Assembly: GCA_002633005.1 (NCBI GenBank)
Contig: NMRA01000121.1
Coordinates: 810,189-874,188 of the forward strand
Direction of reading: 5' to 3'
From: Phoronis australis
Lineage: Eukaryota > Animalia > Phoronida
Length of the DNA: 64,000 bases
Shown piece by piece: positions 1-11,661 of this stretch; within the stretch, counting starts at the first letter, position 1, and the number at the start of each line of letters is the position of its first letter. The notes under the pieces are model-generated. The model did not search any database, had not been told where the DNA came from, and worked only from the letters and a program-made list of their open reading frames with translations. Position numbers and translations under genes: made by a program.

Positions 1-2237
1 ACACCCGTTGCGGTTTTGTCGTGACTGATGGATTTGCATGTAAAACGGATTCTTGTCAAAAAGAAATATAGTCGCAGTTTGTATGTCGAAACTTTGTTGA
101 ATTTTGAAGTTGTCAAACTGATTTTTAAAATTGCTGTACTTAAAAAATATAGCCAAACCACACTGCAGCAAACCTCACAAGACGTTTCACCTACATTTTC
201 AATAACCAAACCACTTTGTATGCCCTGGAACTTCTATAACTGAGTAACTGTTGTAAACCAGGTTCACTGTGACATGGCCTGTACTGCGGAATACTTTTTG
301 TCTATATGTGTAAAGTAACATTTTCTAGTCTTTTCGCCTGGAACAAACTGAATTTGTCTGCAGTCTTTAATAAATCACTTTACTTGATTTTCGATGAGCA
401 TCAACGAAATATGAGATTAAGCACCCCACTTGTAATACACAAGCACAAACATGCGGCAGATATAATGCATTTTTTCGCTGAAAGTCAAGGGATTTTTTGT
501 TGCGATTTCGCTAAGCATTCGTAGGAAGCACCAACATATTACCCTTATAGAAATTAAATTAAGGAGTGGGGGGACCTCGAGAGAGGGGAACATAGGGCCC
601 GGGTAACACTGACGCATAGGAAACATAGTGCAAAGAGAATAGTGGGACACTGCAACAGTGTGTATACCCAGATCAAACCTACATAATCCACCGACTTGGA
701 AAAATATAACAGTGAAAGCCTGTGTTTGATTCAGATTTCGAATAACAGTCAACCAAGGTAAGGTTATACTTGATTAAGGATTGCTAATTGTATTTCAACA
801 CGGACAAATGAACTGTTTTTACTTTCTGAACAGGGTTATTTAATAGCAAAACTTTATTAAGGGTACAAGAAATGTTTTACATTCTTGACTTGCCTGGCAC
901 TATACTGTCACTGACTGAAGTGAACACAGAACAGAAGTTACTGTTCTACTTGTAGTTGTAGACCCGAGGCTGAAATGTTACTATGCCACTTTTCAAATCA
1001 AAACAGCTTTATTTTGGGGCATACTTTGTAAAATACAGCAAAATAGAACAATTAGATAAAGGCTACGAAGTTAAATCGCTTACAGCAGTTCTGAAATCCC
1101 CGGGTGACTTCGCCCACACAAATCTTGGCAATTCTCAAATCCTACCTCCAATACTAATGAGCTCTCTAACTTCCGCAAAATCTTACCTTCAATGCAGGAG
1201 AGCTGCTCTGAAACTTGAAGTACATGTCTGAGGGCATTTCACGGAAAATAACAGATTTCCTTAGGTTTGACGACGTGATTTTTTTGGATTAACTTATTTT
1301 TGTTTTGAAACCTATTCAGTTTGTTGGTAACCCTCTGTTTTTTAGAAAAGTAACTTTGAACTGAATCCCCACATAAAAAGTGGGGGTGTCTAAATTACTA
1401 CAAAAATATTTTTTGGGAAAATAAAAAACGCATTTTTCTTAAAGATTTACATCACTGAATAAAATCATTGGGCCAAAACGTCAAAGTTTTGACATGTTTC
1501 CGCCATCGTTTGCAGATTTTCTCAAATAATGCCTCTAATACCACGATACCGAATTTCATACAAAATTTTGCTCCTGCGAAGTCGTCATCATTTCCCGACA
1601 GATGTCGCAAAATTTTAAGAAATAGCGCGTGTTGAGCATACTGTTTTCTTTGTTACAAAAGGCTGAGAATTATGAAATAAAATAACGTTTAGTTGATTGT
1701 TTCTCACATAACTGGCTCCAGAGGGCAAGGTGAGTGTCGGTTGACACCCAGATATTTGCACGCTCCCCTGCCGGTTTAGAGCTCTTCATGTTGATATAAG
1801 TTTCGCGACGAGGTGATGAGCACAACTACCCGGTATGTGAAATTTCGGAGTCTAACGGAGCTCAACATAGTGCTACTGGTTGTATTTTGAAGACAGTCTT
1901 CATACAGCTAGCTGGCTGGCTTGGCCCTGGGATGAATCAAAGTCACAGGAAAGAAAAACGAAAAAGGTTGTGAGTATGCACATGTTGATCTTTCGACTGG
2001 ACTACGTATTCGCACGGCTAATGACCTATATCTCTTAGTCCTGTACAGCCTCAGTGACGTCACGCAAAACAGCGCTTGCAGTGGGGCTTTACGGAACTAA
2101 TAATTTTTTACTTTTCAAAGTAAAAAAGAAAAATACTGTGCCCTATTTAGGAACATGTGGATGCCAGTAACCAACCTTCATACTTGAACCATACTAACAC
2201 ACTGGTACTGTCCATCCTTAGCTATACGCACACCTAC

Positions 2238-2429
2238 TATTCACAGTTCACATCTCCACCGCAAGTATTCGCAGTTTATATCTCCACCGCAAGTATTCAC
2301 AGTTTATATCTCCACCGCAAGTATTCACAGTTCATATCTCCACCGCAAGTATTCACAGTTCATATCTCCACCACAAGTATTCACAGTTCATATCTCCACA
2401 GCAAGTATTCACAGTTTATATCTCCACCG
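2238..2429. repeat. 28-bp minisatellite (ATTCACAGTTCATATCTCCACCGCAAGT), about 7 copies
   Basis: Unit recurs at a 28-nt period (ATTC at 2239, 2267...). It explains the repetitive ORF 2157..2597. Confidence 0.92.
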
Positions 2430-3286
2430 TTCTCTCATCCAACTTTACCACATTTGGTTTTAAAGATCTCGCCAAGCGCTATCCGTAAGGTGCCATCATT
2501 TTTTCACTACAATTTAATATTCAAGTTATTCGAGATCATCCAATGGCTTCTCGTTAATTCATTAAATCTCCAAGCCGTTCTTGACGGATATTTCTGAAAT
2601 TTGGTATTTGGGGACAGATCTCGTCAATACCTATTGGATCCGCAGTATCCATGCGTTTCCCGCTCTGCCATATGGTTCTCGAGATACTGAGATTTACTCG
2701 TCAGATGACTGTTCTTTTATTGACTATTTTGGTGCTGCACTTTTGTTGATCTATCATACTATGCTGCAGGTTGCATTTTTCGTAATAAATAATATGCATC
2801 TTTTTAATATTTTAAGGTGAAATCCCGCCAAAAATGGCACAGTGCCAACCAATAGGATTTTGAGTGATAGCTTCACTGACCAATCAAAACGCAGCATTCT
2901 TGACACACTTTCGTTTCCAAGCCGCCATTTTACCTGACAAACAACATGTTATCGGGTAAAACTTATTGTTTGTCTGTCGAGTGTCACGAGACTTTTCAAA
3001 AGGGGGCAGAGCTTGCGATAGGTCAATTGTGCAATCGTTGCTTCAAAGAACTGTAGCTCAGTGGTCCCCTGAGGGACTCTTCACACCAAGAGCCAACAGA
3101 CAAATGAAACCATTCTAAGTTATTCCATACATTTCAATGACTTATCTTTCACTGATTTCTCGTGTCATATCTCTAGCATTCCTTCATGGATCTTTGTGAA
3201 ATTTAGCATGTGGATGGATCTCGTCAAAGGTATTATTCGTTTGTCAATCTGAATTACTACTCTTGAGTTATTTGCAATTTACTTAT

Positions 3287-3442
3287 CAGGGCCCAGTTGC
3301 ATAAAAGTTATACGCCATATAGCAACAATGATGTCGCATTATCCAGTGTCACGTTGCTATTGTTGAACAATGCACCTGACGTCATGCAACAATCAAACTT
3401 ATCCAGCGGATTACTTTTGAAGCTTTATGCAACTCAGTCCTG
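3287..3442. mobile_element. Short MITE with terminal inverted repeats (Harbinger-like ends)
   Basis: Ends CAGGGCCCAGTTGCATAAAAG ... CTTTATGCAACTCAGTCCTG are imperfect inverted repeats; no coding capacity. Confidence 0.6.
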
Positions 3443-4115
3443 ATGACTGCTTTTTCTTTTATTTAACAACTGTTATTCGTCTATCATACGCACGCTACAC
3501 GTGTCATTTTTCTGAAATTTGGTAATGTGCTTAGACCTCGTGAGGTGAAGTACTAACATTTTGTCAATTTTACTCATTGTAGTTGCCCCATGTGACCCAA
3601 TTGTAGTCTCATTGTACTGTACACGAAACTGATTAATAACAGTTAGAAACAGTGTTTGTGGTGTTGGACTGTAGACACATAGCTCTTGCCTAAACTATGC
3701 ACTCGCCATACAATGCATTAGTTCCCTAATGAGGTCACCCAATTTGTTTTGACTCGTGTCCTCCTTTGCAGTCAGTGTGCACTTGCATAATGCAAGATGA
3801 GTTTCCGTATGATACCACCATGTTTCACGTATGACAGATAGGTGTGCAGAACAACTTGGTACAAGAAAACACCATAGTAATTCAAAAATTAGCACAAGCC
3901 ATGAGGTATAGCTTGGTCACATCACGTGACCTGGTTAAATGTGAAAAGATCTCTGATCTGATTGGGGCTCAAACCCGATACTGTTTGCCCTAGCCCACTG
4001 AGCTGACAGGACCATTGTAGAAATCCAATTTGAATTAATAGAGGCATCTTCCTAAATTTATGAGTAGATATGAATAGGATATTTTCAATCAAGAGTTATC
4101 TTAGAAACAACTCAC

Positions 4116-4251
4116 CCAAAATTTTACTGAATTCTTCCTGAATTTCTTCTTTAGTCTTAGACTTTGGAATGCTTCCAACAAAGATACGTGTGTTTGCTAT
4201 GGAGATGTTTACTTTCAGAGTGCGGCCATTAGACAGCTCGTGACCATCCAA
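4116..4251 (-). CDS. SYNCRIP: hnRNP Q/R coding exon 5 (end of RRM1, start of RRM2); gene continues beyond the left edge
   Basis: ttcag|LDGHELSNGRTLKVNISIANTRIFVGSIPKSKTKEEIQEEFSKIL|gtgag. Matches the hnRNP Q/R motif NxRLFVGSIPKSKTKE; phase 0 in, consistent with the previous exon. Confidence 0.93.
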
Positions 4252-4375
4252 CTGAAAAAGAGTATACTTAAACTAGGTGCAGCCACATGTGGTTACCTTG
4301 ATTTGCATCAGTTTCTACCTTGATTAGCCTCTCACTCACCTACCCAGTCACTTTTCACAAACACTAGAATAACCA

Positions 4376-5781
4376 CCCAGGGCGCTTAGAAAAGTTCGAT
4401 TCAGGGGGGCGCTTATTATAACCCAAGGCGGTTGAAACCCGGTCTCCGAAACGGGTGAAATCGGAAGCTAAGATTCATCAAATTTACGCTCTGTGACGTA
4501 TCTGTAATCTATGAAAGACTTTCAACTAAACTGTGGTGCATTGCTATCCAACTTTGCTACTAAATTACGATAATTTTACAGACCATTATGGTGAAACCCC
4601 AGGGCGAAAACTCGCCGACTGACTGCCTCGAAATCGCCGTCTTCAATACGGCGACTTCAATGCTTGAATAAAAATAGTTTCGAATCAAGCAAATTACCTG
4701 AAATCTTCATTAAGTTTTCTAACGTCTATAAGACTTTTTAAGTTCCCGTGGAGTCTGAGTTAATGGCAGGTTTAAGTAAAAATCTGTGCAACATCGTGCC
4801 ATCTACATGTATGATCGGCAACACGGCGAGAAAAAACGTCAGGACGAACACACATGTTGTCACGTGACGTTTGTTTTGAAGTTCGTCATCGTTTGTGAGT
4901 AAGCGAGCGCATGCGTATCACCAGAGTTCATTTGCCAAAGCAGAGACTGTCTTTTGGCCAGAGCCACGCAATCTAACGAGTTAGCTGTGCATTAATTGTG
5001 TCTAAAGAAATTTGCACAAGCAGTAGACCTAAACCGGAGCGTGTTTCATTCAGCACTTGCTGGTCTCGTGCTAAAAACTTTCGACATTTGTCTCGGTAAG
5101 GCCCATATTAGTTGCCATGTTGCTGGATGCGTACGTAACTATCTGAAAGTTATTTTTCGGTGTAAGGGTGTGTAAGCATTCGCTGTCAGTTGTCATTTTA
5201 TCGGATATTCGGCTTAAAAACACCAGTTATGGTTAATCAAACAATCTATCTCAAAAATAAAGCAAACATGTTTTATAGTATTACAAATTGTTGGAAATAA
5301 GTGCCAATATTCATTTCTTATCGATGCTATGCTACCCGTTTCATGAACGGATAGTTCCCAAGTAATGTCTTTGATGACAGGTTCACGTATGTAGCGCGCG
5401 CTTCCAAGCCACGTGCGTTTAACACCGAGTTATTTTTATTCACGAGACAGTCGATGTGTCTGTACTGAAAGGTCAGACAATAGTAGGACATGGTCGTCGC
5501 GAGAGTAGCAACGCTGTTGCGTTCTTTTTGAAGTGCTGCGTTACTTTGAAGTGTATAGTCACGGCTAAATACAAACGTAGCAGTGCCGCTGGTGGTCTAG
5601 AAGACCCGTGCAAAATTTTTTTTGATAAATTGAAGACGTTACTGTAGCCGAGTTTTAGGACTGTAGGTACGTCATTGTTCGCATGTACAAGTTCATGGAC
5701 TGGGCGCTTATTTCAGCAAAGTCTTAAAACGCGTGGGGGGCGCTTATAGGGGCATGGGCGGTTATTACGGCGAATACGGTA
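4376..5781 (+). mobile_element. Non-autonomous DNA transposon, Tc1/mariner-pogo-like end (..GGCGAATACGGTA); left end eroded
   Basis: Right end is the reverse complement of the CCGTATTCGCC start seen at 11663. The left part is homologous to 11680-11880 (+) and 13000-13470 (-). Confidence 0.7.
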
Positions 5782-5939
5782 CTTTCTATTGTATATAATC
5801 TGGATCACTCTAACCAATATTTTTAGACAAAGAAGTGTCAAGTAAATGCCCAATACAGATGAGATTAATGACGCAAGCATGCATACACACACACACAGGG
5901 TGCAACTGCTACAAAGTATGTCCTGAGCAAGTACTTTAC

Positions 5940-6116
5940 CTTCGCAACAGCTGCGTTGGCGGCCTCCTTCTCACAGAATGTGACAAAACCATAGCCTCTG
6001 TTAAACTTAGATACAGGGTCCATCATAATCCTCAACTCATAGATGGTGCCTGCCTCCTCAAACAGGGGGATCAGCTCATCCTCAAACATGTCGCGTGGTA
6101 TTCTACCAACAAACAC
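5940..6116 (-). CDS. SYNCRIP: hnRNP Q/R coding exon 4 (RRM1)
   Basis: tcag|[59 protein letters not shown]|gtaaag. RNP2 and RNP1 motifs; 177 nt, phase 0-0. Confidence 0.96.
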
Positions 6117-6342
6117 CTGAAAGGTACCAAGATGGTATACATAAATGGTAACACTGTTGAAATGTGTTCCTTTAGGGGAGGGGGTCAACATCAGAAGTCA
6201 GCGGGATGAAACGTGGTTAATCCCGGTTTTCTAAATGTAATCAAATTCCCCGGAATATTTGTCTCCAAAATTTCATTGTCCACATCTTGTAGGAGAATCC
6301 CAGAGTGAACGGCAGAACGCCAATTTTTTTCAACACCATTAA

Positions 6343-7191
6343 AGGAAAATGCCACCCGATTTAACTTAGTCTTTTTTGCCGTCTTAATCGGTCTATATCC
6401 ACATCGCCTCGCATACAGTCGATCTTACCTTGCCAAGAGGTGTCGCGTTAACCTGTGAGGAAGGTGAGAAACGACTCTAGCGACGTCAGTGGTTCATATG
6501 CAGAGTGAATGCCGCTATGTTGCGGTGCATCGTTCCCGCTTGTCCGAACTAAGCAGCTGCGAGGAAAGCGGTATATCGTTTTTACTTCCTCGAGAGNTCC
6601 TCGAGAGTCCGAAATGCTTAAGAAGTGGCTCATGGTAGTGAAGAATGAAATGTATGCTGTAAATAGCAAGTATGAGGCCGTGAAACATCTCCGTGTCCGT
6701 GGCATGCAGACGTCGACAGTGCCTCAGTGACGAATGCCGGCTTACCAAATAACTCCATGTTCCGTTGTCTGAGCTTGTTCACGGCGCCTCTCTAGTATTT
6801 GTTCGAATTGATAGCCTGTAAAACTTAACGATCCACCTGCGAAGTTGGGACGGATGAGCTCTAGCTCGTCCTAAGTCGGGATTGCGAGTTGCCATGTTGG
6901 CGTTTAGTACTGAGCGTTCTGTTTCAAAATGCCTTCTCACCCTAACCAACTGAAACAAAGTCTGTCTCATTAGATGCAATTTGTAATGCCTTTGGAGTGT
7001 TTGTGACACCAGTAACCCGTGTTGTGAACTGCTGAACAGACTGCGTGTGAAACCGATGACGTCATTGGATAATTTCAACACCTCCGTCTGCCATCAGGTG
7101 TCAGGTAACGCAACCGTACGTGTCGTTATGGAGTAGAACTACTCGATCTAAATTGATACAAATTAAGTTGTTTTTTGGGTGGCATGCTCCC
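6343..7191 (+). mobile_element. Degenerate internally deleted Kolobok-type DNA transposon with THAP remnant
   Basis: TTAA flanks (6339-6342, 7192-7195); TIR AGGAAAATGCCACCC / GGGAGCATGCCACCC. ORF 6509-6730 (MPLCC...KKWLMVVKNE...EAVKHLRV) resembles the THAP ORF at 45929. Confidence 0.72.
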
Positions 7192-8152
7192 TTAATATGA
7201 TTTCCAAAGCAGATGGCACCCCACAATGCAAAGCTAAGAAAGTTTATCACTGATCAGTCCTTCACAAAGTAGCTGCAATTATGAAAGGAAAATTCTGTGC
7301 CCAAATTGCATTCTACACAGGTACTCAGGATGTGTCTTATTGGTTGGATTTTGCATTCTCGACTATATCCGTCACTTTCCAGAATTGTCGTTGCTTATCT
7401 GTGCTCTGTTTTCTGAAGAGAAATGCTCAAAATCCATTACATTTGAAAACTCTTACGTAGTGACTTTTAGCCCCTAATAGTACATAGAATACGGATAAAT
7501 CTGTAATAGTTGGCAGCCCTGTATTTAGTAGTTAGGCCAATCCACTTCACATTGGAAAGGTGTCCCAATAAAACATATTTGAACAATGTTATAGGAACTC
7601 ATTAAAGAGCTGGCTGATCTAAAGGCAAACAGAAACTAAAATTATAACTTGGCAGCAGAGTATTAGCCAGATTGGTGTTTATAGGAAGACCCCATTAAAT
7701 TTCATGGAGATCCTGCAAGGAGCGAGATAACGGCAATATGAACAAACATATATACCAGGCAAGATTTTGTTGTGAGTGGTACAAGTTTTTGTAGTAAGAG
7801 TTGATTTTCACCGTGTCATTGAGAATATCAAATGGGTTTAGTCAAGACAAGTATTTGAACTACTTTGTAAAATTTCAACCATACGAGTACTAGGGTCAAT
7901 ATTAATACTAGTTTTCAAAACTTTTCTAATAGAAATCCTCTTTTAGCTTCTGCCAAATCAATCAAAGACATGCCCAAGATTATGACAATATTTTGTTGGA
8001 GAATTTAGTAAGCTACTAAAACTAAACACATTGAAACAATGGTAATAAATAAAAGTTATGGAACTGGTTTTCACAAAATCACAACACTGAGAGTCATCAG
8101 AAATCACTGCCATTTCATTTCACCAAATCAATGCAGTTACACTAAACCTTAC

Positions 8153-8263
8153 CACATGTCCATTACCCGGCTGTGGTTGGTCTCCCCAGTTAGGGGGCGG
8201 ACCGCCATACTTCCTCTGACCTGTAGTCAACTCCATTGAATACCCAGTACGCTCGAGGATTGC
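8153..8263 (-). CDS. SYNCRIP: hnRNP Q/R coding exon 3
   Basis: ttccag|[37 protein letters not shown]|gtaagg. Contains the diagnostic [17 protein letters not shown] motif. Confidence 0.96.
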
Positions 8264-9507
8264 CTGGAAACAAAAGAGCTTTCTGTTACAAGAATTTGGG
8301 AACCTATGATGATGACACAAAACAAATAATCACGACATAAATGAAAATAGAAAAACATGTAAAACAATGAGCAATTGATATGAAATTGCTGACAAAGAGA
8401 CAATTAGTGCTGGTCCATTTGCTTAAAGGTTGGATTAAATTGAAGTTCCGCAGATGCACGTTTTATCGTGAACTATCAGTCCAGGATTCACAATGATACA
8501 ACTGCTACTGCTGCAGCATAGCTGAGGGGGTCCTCTCCAGACCGCACTCCAAAAGTGAGGTGAGCAGCAGGGTGACACCCCAGTGGGTGAAGGCAAAAAA
8601 ACGAGAGACGACGCAAACCATAGTGAGGTGGGAGAGGTGGCTTGATGCTGCTGAAATTCCTGGAGATGAGGGGAGAGGATAGCAGTTGTGATACTTAGGT
8701 ACTGTAACATTTTCAGTGACTCTTTATGAAAACCTTAACCATCACTAGTTAAGAGATAAAAACAAAGAAGTCTAAGGATTTTACGATATACAACAATATA
8801 AAGACGAGTTTATCCGCGAATGAAAACGAATATGTTGTTTCCAGGCACCTCTATCCCCTGTCGCCCCAGTAGCCTCTACTTTTCACCCAGTAGTCATTAT
8901 CCCCCCCCTCCCATCCTCCTGTCGCCACTATTACCTCTGGTCACCACTAATCCCCCGCCATCTCCGAATGTCCTATTAGCCGCAGGATTTAGTACAATAA
9001 TGCGCCGCAGATTTTTTCATCACCATTGTCATAAAAATCAAACAAGGAAACTACAGACGCTCAAATCTCCTTTGCCGAAGTTCACGATCTCTAGAGAGTA
9101 GCTCCCTCATCTGTGTAGGAGGCACTGTTGGAGCGTGTTATTTTTCGAGCGCATGTGGATTAACAAGATCGGCAGATGGCGCTTTTCACAGGTTTTCAGT
9201 TGCAGTTCTCTTAGTAAGTGTTAGTTGACCCGTTTTTGCAAGTGCGGGAACGGCATGGTCATAAACTAAGGTCGCGTTTGGCGAGTTGAATCGCATTTGG
9301 CGAGTAAGCCTCGAGCTCAGGTCGCTAAAGGCAATTTCAGCTCGCAAAATGCAAGATGGTACTCACCAAGTTGGAACCCGAACAATGATGTTCTCGAGCC
9401 CCCCCCCAAGATGGTTTTTGGAATCAGTTATAAACTTTCCTGTTACAACAAGCAGAACCAAATTGACATTCTCACAACAATCTTATCAAGGCAGCTGTCA
9501 CACCTAC

Positions 9508-9746
9508 GTTTAATTTGGCTTCATCTGGACCTTTCTGTGTTTCTGGCGTTTCCGCTGTTTTGGCGTTGCTGGACAAGTTCTTCTGTTTTTGAACCTCTAA
9601 GATGCCACACATGTAGGCGCTCTTGTTGGATACATGTTCCAGTTTGCTCGTGGCAAACTCTTCTATCAATTTCTTGGCATCTTCTAGTTCAAACTCCTTC
9701 AGGGCACCCAACGCTCGCTCATCCAGATCACCATCCACAAGCATTT
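9508..9746 (-). CDS. SYNCRIP: hnRNP Q/R coding exon 2 (acidic/NURR domain)
   Basis: ttag|(K)MLVDGDLDERALGALKEF...LEHVSNKSAYMCGIL...KGPDEAKLN|gtaggt. DLDERA, HVSNKSA and KGPDEAK motifs; phases 1-0 fit the neighbouring exons. Confidence 0.94.
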
Positions 9747-10299
9747 CTAAAAGTACAACAAGCATATACTAACAACAATCATGTCGGACATACACAACTG
9801 TGCAAAAAAGAGCTGAAATAGCATTTCTCTAAAATATAAAGCTCAATCAAAACCTCTATTACTTGAATCTTTTTTTGAGAAATCTGACAAAAAGAAATTC
9901 AAATTTCTGTCACACTGAGACAGGTCAAGTAGTGTTGGTGTAACAATGTAACTAGTGTATCGCTGGTGTAACACCTTCATGGTGATGAAACGATAGCATT
10001 CTCCATCGCACAAAATTCAAACTTGAAGAACAGGTTCGAAAGTCTATGCCTAGACCAAGAGTTGAACATTAAATTTTAACACCCAGTGCTACGCTACTAG
10101 CTACACCCGGTTCTACGCTAACACCCTTGCACTGAACTCGTGTTAGAACTCCTAATTGCTTTAATTTGAAACAAACAACCCCTCAAACATTCTAACTCGT
10201 TCCGCTAGTTTTCAAACTCAATACAAATAAGTCAAACTCGTCATAGCAGAAGTCAAACTTGTTACTGCAATGAACAAAAACAGGTATTGGGAAGACTGG

Positions 10300-10575
10300 T
10301 ATACACCGGTGTTAAACTAACACCCGGTGTCACACTAACACCTGATGCTACACTAACACCCGGTGTTACCCTAACACTTGATGCCACACTAACACCCAGT
10401 GTTACGCTACACCCGGTGTTACACTAACACCCGGTGTTACACTAAGACCCGATGCTACACTACCAGCAACACCCGGTGCTACACTAACACCCGATGCTAC
10501 ACCACTAGTAACACCCAGTGTTACATATGGTGATCAAAGACCAGTGTTACACACACTAACACTCAATGTTACACC
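10300..10575. repeat. 18-bp minisatellite (ACACCCGGTGTTACACTA), degenerate copies from about 10080
   Basis: CTAACACC recurs at 10317, 10335 and 10353. Confidence 0.88.
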
Positions 10576-10668
10576 TGCTTAAGTTTATTGTTCTATTGGC
10601 TAAAATGACACACACAAGTTTGCACTGTTTAGCAGTGTTCTCCATGGCCACTTTTAGCTCGTCGCAGG

Positions 10669-10925
10669 TGTTGTGAATGTTGGTTTATGTGGTCTCGTCT
10701 TTCGTGTTGTCTTGTGTGTTCGTGTTCGTCCGTGGGTTTCCCTCAGTGGCTGGATGTTGTAAGTTCTAGTTTTGTCACGTGACTGGGGAATCGTGAGATC
10801 TCTCTTCGTGTGGCACTGCTGCACGCAGGACGTCTGCGTTTGTGGGTCTTCAACTCAAGCGTGTATTCAAGCTTTCATATGAGTAAAGGTAAGCTGCACG
10901 AGAACCTGTGTATCGAGTCACAACA
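10669..10925. mobile_element. Solo LTR (Gypsy-type), 257 bp
   Basis: Perfect 8-bp terminal inverted repeat TGTTGTGA...TCACAACA flanked by a 4-bp duplication CAGG. Confidence 0.85.
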
Positions 10926-11302
10926 CAGGGAACAGTTTGGCCGTACTCCCGACTTGTTTAAATGTGCTGCGACCAGTTTAAAAAACTAGCGACCAGTATG
11001 TAGTCTTCATTGGTTCAAAGTACACTTGACAACAACTGGCCCACTGAAACTGAATGCTGAATGAAGGCCAAGTGGTCAGTTGTTGGAAGCCTAATCCGCG
11101 ATCTCACTCAAGCGGCAGAGCGGGGCGGCAGAGCGGGGCGGTAGTCTATTTCTGGTGTAACGAGGCCTGTAAATAATCTCTTCAATTATCTTTTCCATTC
11201 CACTTGAACAACTAGTCATAGTCGATTGAATTTAAACAAAGGCCCAGTGTCACTTTTAGGCCGAGCAAATGTAAACTGTCCAACAACAACCAGTAGACTT
11301 AC

Positions 11303-11465
11303 TAGTAACATAAAGTTTTCTGTCTAGTTCCTCAGCGACACTCTCATTGATACCAGCTTCCACAAGCTTGTCATACTGTTCTGTTCTTTCGTAAGCTGGA
11401 CCTTCTTGTGCATCCATTGGCTGTTCATTGCTGTCACCATTAGGTTCCTGTGTTATGTCAGCCAT
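11303..11465 (-). CDS. SYNCRIP: hnRNP Q/R first coding exon
   Basis: tatag|A ATG: MADITQEPNGDSNEQPMDAQEGPAYERTEQYDKLVEAGINESVAEELDRKLYVT|gtaagt. Resembles the hnRNP Q N-terminus; phase 1 fits the next exon. Confidence 0.88.
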
Positions 11466-11661
11466 TCTATAAAGAAACATGTCAACAAATACAGACCACT
11501 AGCAATGTGTGAGGGTGCCAGATAGACTGGTTTCACAAAACAAATAGAACAATTGTTCCTGTGTCACATCAGCTGTTATGTATAATACCACTTAAATGAA
11601 CCCAATCCAATCCACCAGGCTGTAGCTAAGGTCAATACACAGATGTGTGAACATTATTATT

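Noticed and set aside
417-2100. Further hnRNP exons (rest of RRM2, RRM3)
   Set aside because: No NRGFxFLEY-like translation found by eye; the remaining exons probably lie left of the window.
2157-2597. 146-aa ORF
   Set aside because: Produced by the stop-free 28-bp minisatellite.
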